A stretch of 64,000 nucleotides of DNA, from IMG/VR virus record IMGVR_UViG_3300033067_000859, positions 15,157-79,156 of that record; one strand, written 5' to 3'. Source of the DNA: a virus. Taxonomy: Duplodnaviria > Caudoviricetes. Positions 18,901-28,182 of this stretch are shown in pieces (the first letter of the stretch is position 1; every line of letters begins with the position of its first letter). Below the pieces are notes generated by a model. It was not told where the DNA came from and did not search any database. It was given only the letters and a program-made list of their open reading frames with translations. A program made the translations under genes and the position numbers.

Positions 18901-21900
18901 CATGCCAGAACTAGTATCTGCATAGCTCAACTCAACATAGCTCGAGTCGTTAGAATGCAACGGCTCACCGGTATTGCCAGCAGCAACATATTCACTCGGA
19001 ATAACATTACTCTCGACCCACTCGTATACAGATACTGTGCTGCCCGGGAACATGCGACCCCAGTTGTTTACACGGTAAACTAGACTGTCCTGTTCGTAGT
19101 CAATAAACTTAACAGTGCTCAGGTCCCACCATGTTTGACCAACTTGTTGCTTGCCCCAGTGGTAATCGATAGATTCTCTGTTGGGGAACATTGTACCCGA
19201 ATTGTACATCGCAGGGTCTCTGCTAGATTTATAACTCAAACTGGATTCTGCAATGCCCAATGCCTTGCCCCGAGCCGGATCAATGTAATCTAATGTGGCT
19301 AACTTAGATTTAGTTTTTATATCAAACAAGCTTATTGCGTTAATGCTAAAGACATCAACTGCCGGCTGTTGCGCTCTCTTTACAGACCAGCCCTTGCCCA
19401 ATGTTGGGTTAGTGTACTGATACACATTACCAGCATTGTGTTGCTTGGTATCGTTATAACTGGCGCCAATATAAAGAGACGAATCGCTAAAATCAATACC
19501 GCAACCAAACTGATCTCCCATTGCCAAGTTAGGGGCGTTAAACTGCTCGCTAAAGACAAAATTGCCAAATTTGTTTTCCGATGTTGTTGGGTTTGGCATA
19601 AAGTCATGGAAGAATACCGATCCTGTTCCGGACTTTACATCAATAAATTGTGTAGTCTTACTGTCATACGTTGTAAGCTTGCTATCAAATAGCGAGTAAG
19701 TTTGTACGCTGCCTTGAGTACTAGCAATAGCCAATGTTTCGGCGTCACGTCCAATTTTTACAATCGAGCCAAAATTCTCGCTTTGCGAACTGACTGGCTT
19801 TTTAATAACCTGTGCAACTTGATATACTGTTAGGCCCAGATCTTTTAGTGATGTTCCTGTGCCCGGAGACACGATTAGCTTTCCGTATTCAACTTCAACA
19901 ATTGATGTTATTAGCAACTGATTGTCCTGATTGCTGGCACGAACACCAGCAATGCCGGCAGTGTTAATGTCAGCAACAACTGAGTCTAATCCCGCACCGC
20001 TAAAGACGACCTCGGTCCCGTTTACAATAATACTATGCCCAACGGTAACTACTGGGTTAGTTGCGGAACCTAGTATCGAACCAAACAACATGCCAGCGTT
20101 AACAAATCGTTCAACGATTCCGCCACGGTAAGTTAAGTCAGAGTATCCAGGAACGCCAATGTATACGCTGCAATTGTTTTTGCAAATGTCTACACTTGTA
20201 CCAAATTGAGCTCGATACACCGGGTTAGTTCCAACTAACTCTTCGGCAATTTGCCAAGTGTCGCCGGCTTGTGATTTAATGTAAACATAAGCTTTACCGG
20301 CGTGTATTTGTCCATTAACCGTAGTGCCCGGAGCACCAACAATCAATTGGCTTCCATCTTTGCTGCACTTTATACTATATCCAAAACGGCTGTCAATTGC
20401 TGGCCCAACGCAAGTTTGCGCAAGTTTGTAATAGCTTCTTTGCAAGATAACAATACTACCGGGCTCTCCGATAATATACTCGCTGCTCAACAATGTTTGA
20501 TTGTTTTCTAGCTCTAGTTCAATACCTTCCTCTGAAACAAGAAGTGCAGTAACTGTTGCCGAGAAATTAAGAGTGTTCCTGTTAGAATTCCATGTATAAT
20601 CCGAACCAAGCTTTAACAACTTTCCGTGTAAGTAAACAGCCAGTGAATCGATGTCACTAACTTGATAAGGCATCACATACCCATTTGCAGCTTCTGCAAC
20701 ACTGCACACTGTTCGTCGTTCGTCGACTTGAGTGTATTTGTAGCAGTATACCGAATTGCTGCCCGGTGCACCAATGTACAAATACTGTTCGTTGTCGCTA
20801 AGAGCTACGCTAGTACCAAACTCGGATCCATTTAGGGTACTTGGGTTAGTGATAAGCTGAATTGGTGCAAAGAAAGTAGATTCACGATATTTGTAGACTA
20901 CCGCTGCACCATTTGATGCGTAACTACCCGGAGCTCCAGCAACCACGATAGTGTCTGCCATGTCAACCGAGTGTCCAAGACGTGCTTGGTCAGTGATGTC
21001 TCCACTCAAGACTCCCTTTTCTCTAGGGCCCGATTTAAAGAACACATGAACACGTCCAGCACCTTCACGGTCGCCAGGTGCACCTACTACAACAAACTGA
21101 TCGTTGTTTGCAATTTTAACACTAGTACCGTAATGCAAGTCCTGCGAATAATTACCAAACTGAATATCCAAAGTAGTGTTATAATTCCAAACACCGTTCT
21201 TTTCGTAGACTGCCCAGTTATTGCCGGCGTTACTATCAACCCAGACAATATCTCCGTCCTTCCAGCCATGTCTTGGTGCAAAGCCCGACACATCGCCGGG
21301 ATGTTTAAATCTAACAGAATCCAACACAAATAGTGTACCTGTGCCAGTAACTGCATCTTGCTTAATAGCCGATACTTGAGTATTAGTTAATGTTATATTG
21401 AAGCTACGTATGTCAGAAACACTAGTAACTCGATAAAAACCATTGAATCTGACATCAAAATCTTTTATCACTACAGTGTCGCCGGCAACAAGGCCGTGCG
21501 GGAATTCTGTAGTGACTTTGCCAGAGGTGTCTAGACCGTAAGAAATTCGAGTTACAGTAGTATCTGTCTCACTAGCACGATAAACGTTCCAGTCCTTAGT
21601 CTGATCCTTGGCTACCCAAACTGTGTATCCGCTACTGATAGAACTAATGTCTCCGTCAAGTAGCTGATACTGAGATAAGTCAAATAAGGTAGCGTCAACA
21701 TCGTCGACGTTAACATATCCAGCTGTCTGTACATCAGATTCCGATACTGCATTTTGTACACGGTTGATAAACTTTACTGCACCGGGTGCAAATGTTCTGT
21801 CCCACAGGTCGCGATCTCGTACCCCAACTATTCCGTCCGGGGCAGTTTCATCATCTGCTATGATCGAGATAGCTGTGGGATTATTCCTGTTTAATGACTC

Positions 21901-24900
21901 ATCAAGAACAATCTCCACGCTACGGTTACTTTCAGTTGCACCGTACTCACCAACTCTAACTGCCCATTCTTCATGGTAACTAACATCATTGGTTATATCG
22001 TTGAAGTTGGCACTCAGCAAGTTTGTAACTGCACTCTTAGTTCCTTTTTCTTTAATATAGCCCTGGTAGAACTTAGTTTGGCTTGTGTGATTGATGTTGA
22101 GATCACTTAGATATTTCCTATCTCTAAAGCCGATCAAGCTGCTACTCATTCTAGCCATTTGCGAATCAAGCAAGCTGCTATCTGCATCGTAAATATTAAC
22201 GAATCTACCAGCATTGTTTGCAAAGTTAGGCAATAGGCCTGTCTTAATTTCTGACTTGTCGATCTGTTTCCAGTAATTCAAATTGAATGTTGTAGAGGCC
22301 GATATCTTCTGGGCTGCTACATAATATTGATTCTTGTAAGCAACAAGATCACCTTTAAGGTAGTCGCGACCTGCCTTCCACAAATCCACTTGGGTGCTGT
22401 TGTAAACAAAACCAGCTGGATTTAGTGACCCGTCCCAATTAGCTGTTTTGTTACCGACTAACTTTAGGCGATACTGTCTGCTGCCGGTTTCGGGCTTGTA
22501 AATTACATCGCTAAAGACTGTAGTATTTTCAAAAATCAACACATGCTCATATTGAACCAAGTTCAGATCAGCAAATGCCACAGTAGATCCAGTGATTGTC
22601 TGTAGCTTAAACTCTCCCTGATCACGCATTACTGTAATATCAGTAGTTCGTATAGCACCAAAATTTGGATCTAGAACTTTGCTGCCTAACGTATTGTTAG
22701 TAATTTGGTCAACTACCGAGTTGGTAGACAGTAGCTTTAGAGTAGTGTTGACAGGACTCAATATTAGGACACTTCCTGCCTTCCAGCCCTGCAAAGTCCA
22801 TGTTAAAAATTCCTTAGCACTCAAGACCCAGTCTTGCATTGCAGATAAATCGGGATTGTATTCATCAAAGATAAATCCTTGAGCAAACAGAAAGCGCTGG
22901 TAGCTAACTAAGAAATCTACAACTTGTTGTCGAGTCTTAAATTCAGTTCCGTAAGGTATAACTAACTTTTGTTTTCTAAAGCCCTTGTAAATAGTTGCCG
23001 AAACGTTTTCAACTTTGATATTGTAGCTCGCGCCAGCCGACTCGCTAGGCACCACAATAAAGTAGGGATTGCTTATATTATAACCGCTAACAGTATAGCC
23101 GGTTTCGGTTTTTTCTACAATGACGGCACTGTATGCAATTCTCTCTAATGGTACACTTTTATTCAAGTAAACAGTGTAACTATCATCGGGTATAACAACA
23201 GATTCATTCGTACTAGAGGGACTGTACTGCTCAGCCAATACTGTTAAGTATTTCTTATCAACAAATCCAGCAACTTTATAACTTAGCTGTACTTGTAAAT
23301 TATCCAATAATGCTCTTACTTTTGTAGTGCCGTTGATGCCCAGGCTAGTCAGGTAGTCAACAATCCAATTAACATATCCACTAGATCTAGTGATGCTTGC
23401 ACCCACAGCTTCGCCGTTGATTGCTACTGTGTTTGGGGTAATGCGTCGATTGGTTCTCGAATCAACGTACTGCCCGTAATCTGAATTCTTAAAGTATGTA
23501 TTGGTATCTAGTAAAGTACCAAAGTATATCCCGGGCTTCATAAGTGCCACTGCGGCCTGCAATGCATAAGGATATTCGCTTGTGCGAGTCCAGGCGGCTT
23601 CTACTGGGGCCATATCCCCGACTTGGAAGCTTTCGCTAGCATTTGCGCTGCTAAACTGAGCAGCTATATGTGACAGGGGTGCTCGTAACTCGCCAGCAGC
23701 GTCAACTGGGATAATCTTACTCAAGCCAGGTCGAGCAAATGCAGTGTGAATTCCTGCCCTAGTTCCGTGCCTAATTATTCCCGCTTCGATGTCATCCCAC
23801 AAAACTGTGTTGCCGGATGTGTACGGTGCAGGACCGTATTGGTCTTGCCACCAAGCCGGCTCTTCGGTAAATCCCAACATTTCCCACGGATGGCTATGGG
23901 GCTTATCTGTGTCGTAGAAATATTGATAAATTCCTCTCCAGTACCCAGGCAAAGCTTGATTAAACAGAATATCTTTACTGTATCTATAATTGTAAGTAAA
24001 CGGATCGTTGCTAACGAAATAGCTGTTAGAAATATAATCCAACTTGTTAGAACCAACCCATTTCAAGAAGTTAGAATTTAGAATTTTCTTGAACTCGGCC
24101 AACGAGTATTCTGTTGTCCTGAAGCGACCCGGAACCAATGTTCGCAAATCTAAAATCTCTTTAGATGGATCAACTTTGATATTGTTGTAAATCCTGAGCT
24201 CTAACTCTAACAGATACTGATCTCTGAAGTCGCCAAAAGCAGGAGTTATACTACCGTCATGGCCATAAATTACAGATGTCGGAATTCTGTAAGTAGTGTC
24301 TAATTCAATTGCCGGTAAAAACTTAGGATACAGCCCAAGCTTAGTAGGAGTCTCGGGTATGAAGTTGCCGTCGGTGCTAATATATTCTCTAATTTCAAGC
24401 GTGCCGCCAATGGCTGTGGCTAGTGTTTCAGACAATTGTATTGCTGGCCTAGTTTGATCGAACGTAAAGTCTCGACCAACAACTAACTGATGCCCGTTGT
24501 AGTATACTAAAACTGCTTTACTCTGCAATAAAGCATTGTTAAAGATGCTACTAATCTTGTACTGTCTTTGGTTAGTATTGAGGATGCTGTAATTGATCGT
24601 AGATGATTCGCCGTAAGGAACCATGTCGCTATAATACCAAGGGAAAGACTTGTTCTTTACTGCATTGATGGATTGTAAAATCTTGTCTACACCGGCTTTG
24701 GGATCATCTAAATCCAAGCCCGGAAGAGTAGTACACATTTCAACAAATTTGTTCTTGAACTTTGTGTATTCGCGACGTGCATAGTCAATACCAGACATCA
24801 AGTTAGCTTGTTCATTAATCAAGAACAAACTAGAATAAATTACAGACGCAGAGTTTTGTAAAATATTCCCGCCATATGCGCGGTGATCTAAGTCTCGAAG

Positions 24901-27900
24901 ATTACTATCACCCGGAACGTTACCAGAGATCTCCGGAATATTCTGCCCAACAGCAACCAAATTATTTCTCAATTGCCCTAGTGTAATTGTAGAAAACTGC
25001 TCGTTCTTGCTGTTATAATTCAAGTTACTAGGAACTTGATAATGGGCCAGTTTACTTGTAGATTTGCTGTACAATAATATATCGACTTTGTCGCCAACTG
25101 TTAACAAGTTAGCAGGTATTTTTACCGCAGTCCTTTTACCAAACTTTGCAGAAGGGTTATATGACGATGCATCGAGCAATGTATTGTTAAGGAATACTTT
25201 GAGGGTAGGCGTCTCAGCAACTGCACTCGGTTCAATGTCAATTTCAAAATAATTTGTCTTGCCGGTGTAAGTGTTGCTGATAATTTGATACTGACGACTA
25301 GGCTCGTTTACTGTTGTCCAGACATTTCTTTTAGCGAATGAGTAACGTCCAGTATTCTGTCTCAAGTATCCTGTGTCAACATTTAATGTCTTAAATGTAG
25401 TCCCAACTAAGTAGTCAAATGTTTCAGTACTGAAATTGTTAGTAAATGTTATGTCAGCAATACTGGTATTTGTAACAGTACCAACGTTGGTGTAAGCAAT
25501 AGGAAACCCTAATACTTTATCATTAGCACCGCTACCAACTTTATAAGAAAGAATCTTATTGCCAGCAAATTTACTGCCCTTATAAGTAGAAAAACTTGTA
25601 TCAGCCGCATCAAACGCATCAAACAAAGGAGTTTGATTAGCCTTAATCTTGCTTTGGGACCTAGTCCAAACTGTCCCATTGTACCAAAACGTATTACCTT
25701 TGTTTACACCTTTAGTTGCAACCAAGCTATCATATGGCTCTAACGCATCCTCTGGATCTTCGGAAATCAGCAACTGAATTTTAGGATCACGATAGCTAAA
25801 CGATACATCAATTAATGCAAACTTAGAAGGCGATGCTAGTTGCACCTTGGTATCTGACATGATGCCGGAAATAGTGCCAATGTATTCGTCAGTGGACGTA
25901 AACAGTGCGCCACCAACATGTAAGTGTTCTGTAAATTTAGTGTCAGTGCCAGTGACGGTTACTGTGCCCCCGGTACCGTGAATACTAACTGCACTACCAA
26001 CAATCTGTTGTATTTCAAAATTTGTAACAAATTCAATTTGGTACTGAGTGGCTCCAATGTCTGTTACTTCCTGTACAACACCAGCTGGTGTTAGATTAGG
26101 CCAATCGAACCCAGTGATGGTAGTAGCTGTTAACAAATCCTTTGTACCAACCACAGTCCACATATATGTGTATAGGCCGTCCACTTCCTGAGTTAATACC
26201 GGAGATGTTCCTGAATAATAGTTAAGTTTAGAAGGGGCAATTGTAATTGTGCCGGGACCGGTTCCATCGTAAACGCTAGCATACGATGGCTCATCCTGGA
26301 TGCTATACTGCACTTTGTACACCTGTGTTTTTACCAGCGGATCTTTATCATTTGGAAATAGAACACGATCCCCCTCGGCCAACTCGGCACCGTGAACTGT
26401 TAAAGTTTTGCTGTGCTGCACTTGATTGAATGCATCAGTGCAAACAGTGTCAATATGGTCAACAGGACGCTTACCAATACGCCCAGAATTGATTAATTGT
26501 ATGTCCGGCTCAAACTCAATGATTGGGCGCTGCGCTCTTATCGCTTGATCAAAAGTTGCTACTGTATTGCTATACTCTGCACTTTTTATTAGCACATCAA
26601 TGTGGAACCAGCGGTTGTGTCTAGCCCAAGCATTTTGATCCAAACTACTACGGTTAATGGTTATGTATTCAGGAGTGTCTGGGCCTTTCAAAGGTTCGTC
26701 CCAGTTGTCGGCACTAAATGCTTCCTGGTCCCACGGCACTGTATCAATTTGTACATGCGACTCGGGACAAACTAAATTGTCAAATGGAACTAATCTTATA
26801 CCCTTGCCTACGCCCTCAACTACGAAAGACTTGTTGGCATACTTTGTTGGTTGTACATTGTTGTCAAACGCAACAACCAATCCGTTAGTGAAATTAACAC
26901 CGCCTGGACTGGTGTAGTTAACTTTGCCTAGAATACTAGTATCAACATAAATGTTGTCAGTTGCCTCGTCAACAAGACGAATCATACCATGCATAGCCGG
27001 GTTACTAGCATCCTGGTAATATAAGATATCGAGCTGTGCAGTCAATGCAGGTACTGGTAAAAATTGTCCGGCACTGTTTTTGTAAAATTCAACGTTGGCA
27101 TTTATTCTACCAATTCTAGAATATATACGACTGTTATTTGCTACGTCTCTTACATAAGACAGTGTAACAATTTCGTTATTAAATTGATCACGAGTCAGCA
27201 TGACTCTCCAGACGCCGCGGCGGTGTTGCTCCGAAACAACAGTGCCGCTGGCACGAGTCCAATTGTCGTCATTGTTGCTGCTGTCTAAGAACACAACAAA
27301 TTTATTAGTTGGATCGATATCAGATCCGTCGAATCCACCGTGTAAGTTAACTACACTAGCCCATTGTGCGCCGTCAATTTCAGTAAACGGAGTGTCTACT
27401 GCATAATCAACTGGTGCTTGCATAGGCATTTTGAGATAAGTGTCTTGTGTATTGGACAACGGAACGCGGAATTCAACAACTCCGTCATCGGTACCGTTGT
27501 TCGACACCCCGTACACATCTCTAGTCGAAACACTAGGAAGAAGTCGCTTTGTACCAGTTACGCCCGGTTCAGTTTGAATATAGAATTTGCTGCCAGGCTG
27601 GTTAACTGCAAACTTATAAAGGCCTCCACGAGCTAGCAAAAGCTCTGGATTGTTGCCCTCTTTTCCTTCAATTCTCAAGCAACGATCATCAATGTCTTTA
27701 GAAATTTTATAAGTTGCTTGCTTTGTAACAGATTGAGATGGTATCAGAACCGGCTCTGGCCCATTGGGTAGCCAGTAATATTGTTGGTAATTAACAAACT
27801 TGTCTAAGTCAATCAAGCCAGTATATGTATAGTACTCACTTGAAAATAGTCTGTCATGGTCGGCGGTGATACCGCCGTAATAAGAGATCTTATTGATTAA

Positions 27901-28173
27901 GTCGGTGTAGCTGCTGTAGAACTCAACTTCATTGCTGCTATTTTTAATAACCAAGCTAGGCTCAAGTTGATAGTTCTGGCGGTCAGCATCAACTTCGGGC
28001 ACATATCCATCTGCTGCCTTATATGTGGGCGCAAACTTTCTACCAATGTAACCGTTTAGTCTAGTGAATTCGGGCTCACTAACTAACTGGTCCAGAGTTG
28101 CTGCTAAAAACTTGCGGTTAGTGTCAGTCTGAAATATACTTGGTAAAAAATCGAGGGTTCTTCTTGCTGCCAT
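15937..28173 (-). CDS. giant baseplate wedge / receptor-binding protein (gp7-like position) with FG-GAP-type propeller repeats
   Basis: 4078-aa ORF directly after gp6; repeats YGTSV..VVVGAPG, LGHSV..VAGAPG, FGTSV..IGAPG and FGYSI..VGAPG. Confidence 0.7.
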   Translation of the reverse strand: MAARRTLDFLPSIFQTDTNRKFLAATLDQLVSEPEFTRLNGYIGRKFAPTYKAADGYVPEVDADRQNYQLEPSLVIKNSSNEVEFYSSYTDLINKISYYGGITADHDRLFSSEYYTYTGLIDLDKFVNYQQYYWLPNGPEPVLIPSQSVTKQATYKISKDIDDRCLRIEGKEGNNPELLLARGGLYKFAVNQPGSKFYIQTEPGVTGTKRLLPSVSTRDVYGVSNNGTDDGVVEFRVPLSNTQDTYLKMPMQAPVDYAVDTPFTEIDGAQWASVVNLHGGFDGSDIDPTNKFVVFLDSSNNDDNWTRASGTVVSEQHRRGVWRVMLTRDQFNNEIVTLSYVRDVANNSRIYSRIGRINANVEFYKNSAGQFLPVPALTAQLDILYYQDASNPAMHGMIRLVDEATDNIYVDTSILGKVNYTSPGGVNFTNGLVVAFDNNVQPTKYANKSFVVEGVGKGIRLVPFDNLVCPESHVQIDTVPWDQEAFSADNWDEPLKGPDTPEYITINRSSLDQNAWARHNRWFHIDVLIKSAEYSNTVATFDQAIRAQRPIIEFEPDIQLINSGRIGKRPVDHIDTVCTDAFNQVQHSKTLTVHGAELAEGDRVLFPNDKDPLVKTQVYKVQYSIQDEPSYASVYDGTGPGTITIAPSKLNYYSGTSPVLTQEVDGLYTYMWTVVGTKDLLTATTITGFDWPNLTPAGVVQEVTDIGATQYQIEFVTNFEIQQIVGSAVSIHGTGGTVTVTGTDTKFTEHLHVGGALFTSTDEYIGTISGIMSDTKVQLASPSKFALIDVSFSYRDPKIQLLISEDPEDALEPYDSLVATKGVNKGNTFWYNGTVWTRSQSKIKANQTPLFDAFDAADTSFSTYKGSKFAGNKILSYKVGSGANDKVLGFPIAYTNVGTVTNTSIADITFTNNFSTETFDYLVGTTFKTLNVDTGYLRQNTGRYSFAKRNVWTTVNEPSRQYQIISNTYTGKTNYFEIDIEPSAVAETPTLKVFLNNTLLDASSYNPSAKFGKRTAVKIPANLLTVGDKVDILLYSKSTSKLAHYQVPSNLNYNSKNEQFSTITLGQLRNNLVAVGQNIPEISGNVPGDSNLRDLDHRAYGGNILQNSASVIYSSLFLINEQANLMSGIDYARREYTKFKNKFVEMCTTLPGLDLDDPKAGVDKILQSINAVKNKSFPWYYSDMVPYGESSTINYSILNTNQRQYKISSIFNNALLQSKAVLVYYNGHQLVVGRDFTFDQTRPAIQLSETLATAIGGTLEIREYISTDGNFIPETPTKLGLYPKFLPAIELDTTYRIPTSVIYGHDGSITPAFGDFRDQYLLELELRIYNNIKVDPSKEILDLRTLVPGRFRTTEYSLAEFKKILNSNFLKWVGSNKLDYISNSYFVSNDPFTYNYRYSKDILFNQALPGYWRGIYQYFYDTDKPHSHPWEMLGFTEEPAWWQDQYGPAPYTSGNTVLWDDIEAGIIRHGTRAGIHTAFARPGLSKIIPVDAAGELRAPLSHIAAQFSSANASESFQVGDMAPVEAAWTRTSEYPYALQAAVALMKPGIYFGTLLDTNTYFKNSDYGQYVDSRTNRRITPNTVAINGEAVGASITRSSGYVNWIVDYLTSLGINGTTKVRALLDNLQVQLSYKVAGFVDKKYLTVLAEQYSPSSTNESVVIPDDSYTVYLNKSVPLERIAYSAVIVEKTETGYTVSGYNISNPYFIVVPSESAGASYNIKVENVSATIYKGFRKQKLVIPYGTEFKTRQQVVDFLVSYQRFLFAQGFIFDEYNPDLSAMQDWVLSAKEFLTWTLQGWKAGSVLILSPVNTTLKLLSTNSVVDQITNNTLGSKVLDPNFGAIRTTDITVMRDQGEFKLQTITGSTVAFADLNLVQYEHVLIFENTTVFSDVIYKPETGSRQYRLKLVGNKTANWDGSLNPAGFVYNSTQVDLWKAGRDYLKGDLVAYKNQYYVAAQKISASTTFNLNYWKQIDKSEIKTGLLPNFANNAGRFVNIYDADSSLLDSQMARMSSSLIGFRDRKYLSDLNINHTSQTKFYQGYIKEKGTKSAVTNLLSANFNDITNDVSYHEEWAVRVGEYGATESNRSVEIVLDESLNRNNPTAISIIADDETAPDGIVGVRDRDLWDRTFAPGAVKFINRVQNAVSESDVQTAGYVNVDDVDATLFDLSQYQLLDGDISSISSGYTVWVAKDQTKDWNVYRASETDTTVTRISYGLDTSGKVTTEFPHGLVAGDTVVIKDFDVRFNGFYRVTSVSDIRSFNITLTNTQVSAIKQDAVTGTGTLFVLDSVRFKHPGDVSGFAPRHGWKDGDIVWVDSNAGNNWAVYEKNGVWNYNTTLDIQFGNYSQDLHYGTSVKIANNDQFVVVGAPGDREGAGRVHVFFKSGPREKGVLSGDITDQARLGHSVDMADTIVVAGAPGSYASNGAAVVYKYRESTFFAPIQLITNPSTLNGSEFGTSVALSDNEQYLYIGAPGSNSVYCYKYTQVDERRTVCSVAEAANGYVMPYQVSDIDSLAVYLHGKLLKLGSDYTWNSNRNTLNFSATVTALLVSEEGIELELENNQTLLSSEYIIGEPGSIVILQRSYYKLAQTCVGPAIDSRFGYSIKCSKDGSQLIVGAPGTTVNGQIHAGKAYVYIKSQAGDTWQIAEELVGTNPVYRAQFGTSVDICKNNCSVYIGVPGYSDLTYRGGIVERFVNAGMLFGSILGSATNPVVTVGHSIIVNGTEVVFSGAGLDSVVADINTAGIAGVRASNQDNQLLITSIVEVEYGKLIVSPGTGTSLKDLGLTVYQVAQVIKKPVSSQSENFGSIVKIGRDAETLAIASTQGSVQTYSLFDSKLTTYDSKTTQFIDVKSGTGSVFFHDFMPNPTTSENKFGNFVFSEQFNAPNLAMGDQFGCGIDFSDSSLYIGASYNDTKQHNAGNVYQYTNPTLGKGWSVKRAQQPAVDVFSINAISLFDIKTKSKLATLDYIDPARGKALGIAESSLSYKSSRDPAMYNSGTMFPNRESIDYHWGKQQVGQTWWDLSTVKFIDYEQDSLVYRVNNWGRMFPGSTVSVYEWVESNVIPSEYVAAGNTGEPLHSNDSSYVELSYADTSSGMIKTKYYFWVRGITSIESDVSRPLSAAAIEDALQDPKSQGIPYAAILSDSSVALFNCDNLISGKNVILKVDYDHVLNSNLIHSEFELIKEGSSDTVMPPRIVNKLVDSLAGADNELRRVPDAKLKPSQRIGLEVRPRQTLVNNRHEALKNVVQFVNKVFATTTASYKLQNSSKFSSAKFFGVDAEPVASEYQHRVADLVEREYVVKVVGERTLVANDENFMGLWTLYEVLTDGTWDLVKNQSFKTPDLWTYTNWYKEGFDPETKPKYIVEYLKDTERLALVPGDIVRVNSSATGGFEVYQYTTKDTAELVAVENGTIKLLDTIWDVEQNNVGFDNNSFEEVGFDRDYSEELRQLITGLEQDMFVDDLVDNYNEFLFVVIRYILSEQQNVDWIFKTSFISVLHKIKELKAYPNFIRDNHDYYEDYINEVKPYRTKIREYTIEYSGIDHAYANTTDFDLPGYFDTELGRFRSPSGEMPTKDGALFLQSEYKDWSKNFTFGVESISISNPGYGYTVPPTVKIVANSDGGSGATAEAVIDNVSGKVVQINVLNSGSGYKSTPHVIINGDGAYARAYANISNRKVRSVKTVMKFDRTSYTTQVREWIAGIQYQAGDMVSYRGQGYRCNVAHSSQSFVSGNFAPIKGSEYTNANDRIAATYVPGPNQVPKEFDEFGNIDLTRIIPGLEYAYNVVSNDPSVYNESSATGTSIPTVNDPSQISISGGSFFDVTKSYAPEELIPGVTADSLSIRVETDDDLAGVKYIYRIDKDSRDVTSYLVVSSAKTTKLVQDLRYDDDRIYVETLDNVTLPNPGLRVPGMIYIGGEKIEFWQIDNALNAIKNPIRGVNGTSTPEVHAAGSVVEDQSYHRVIPETTIEHTDAFVFTARNPVFVPTFAVSNNIELVKNSLQVRNSVTLLTVDVDYTISISNSNNTTKVSIVFARASDFADGIRFTATYVEDKVWLNPGTGTPTDGSGFIASQHPAALFVKQNPHNLS

Positions 28174-28182
28174 ATTATGTTA

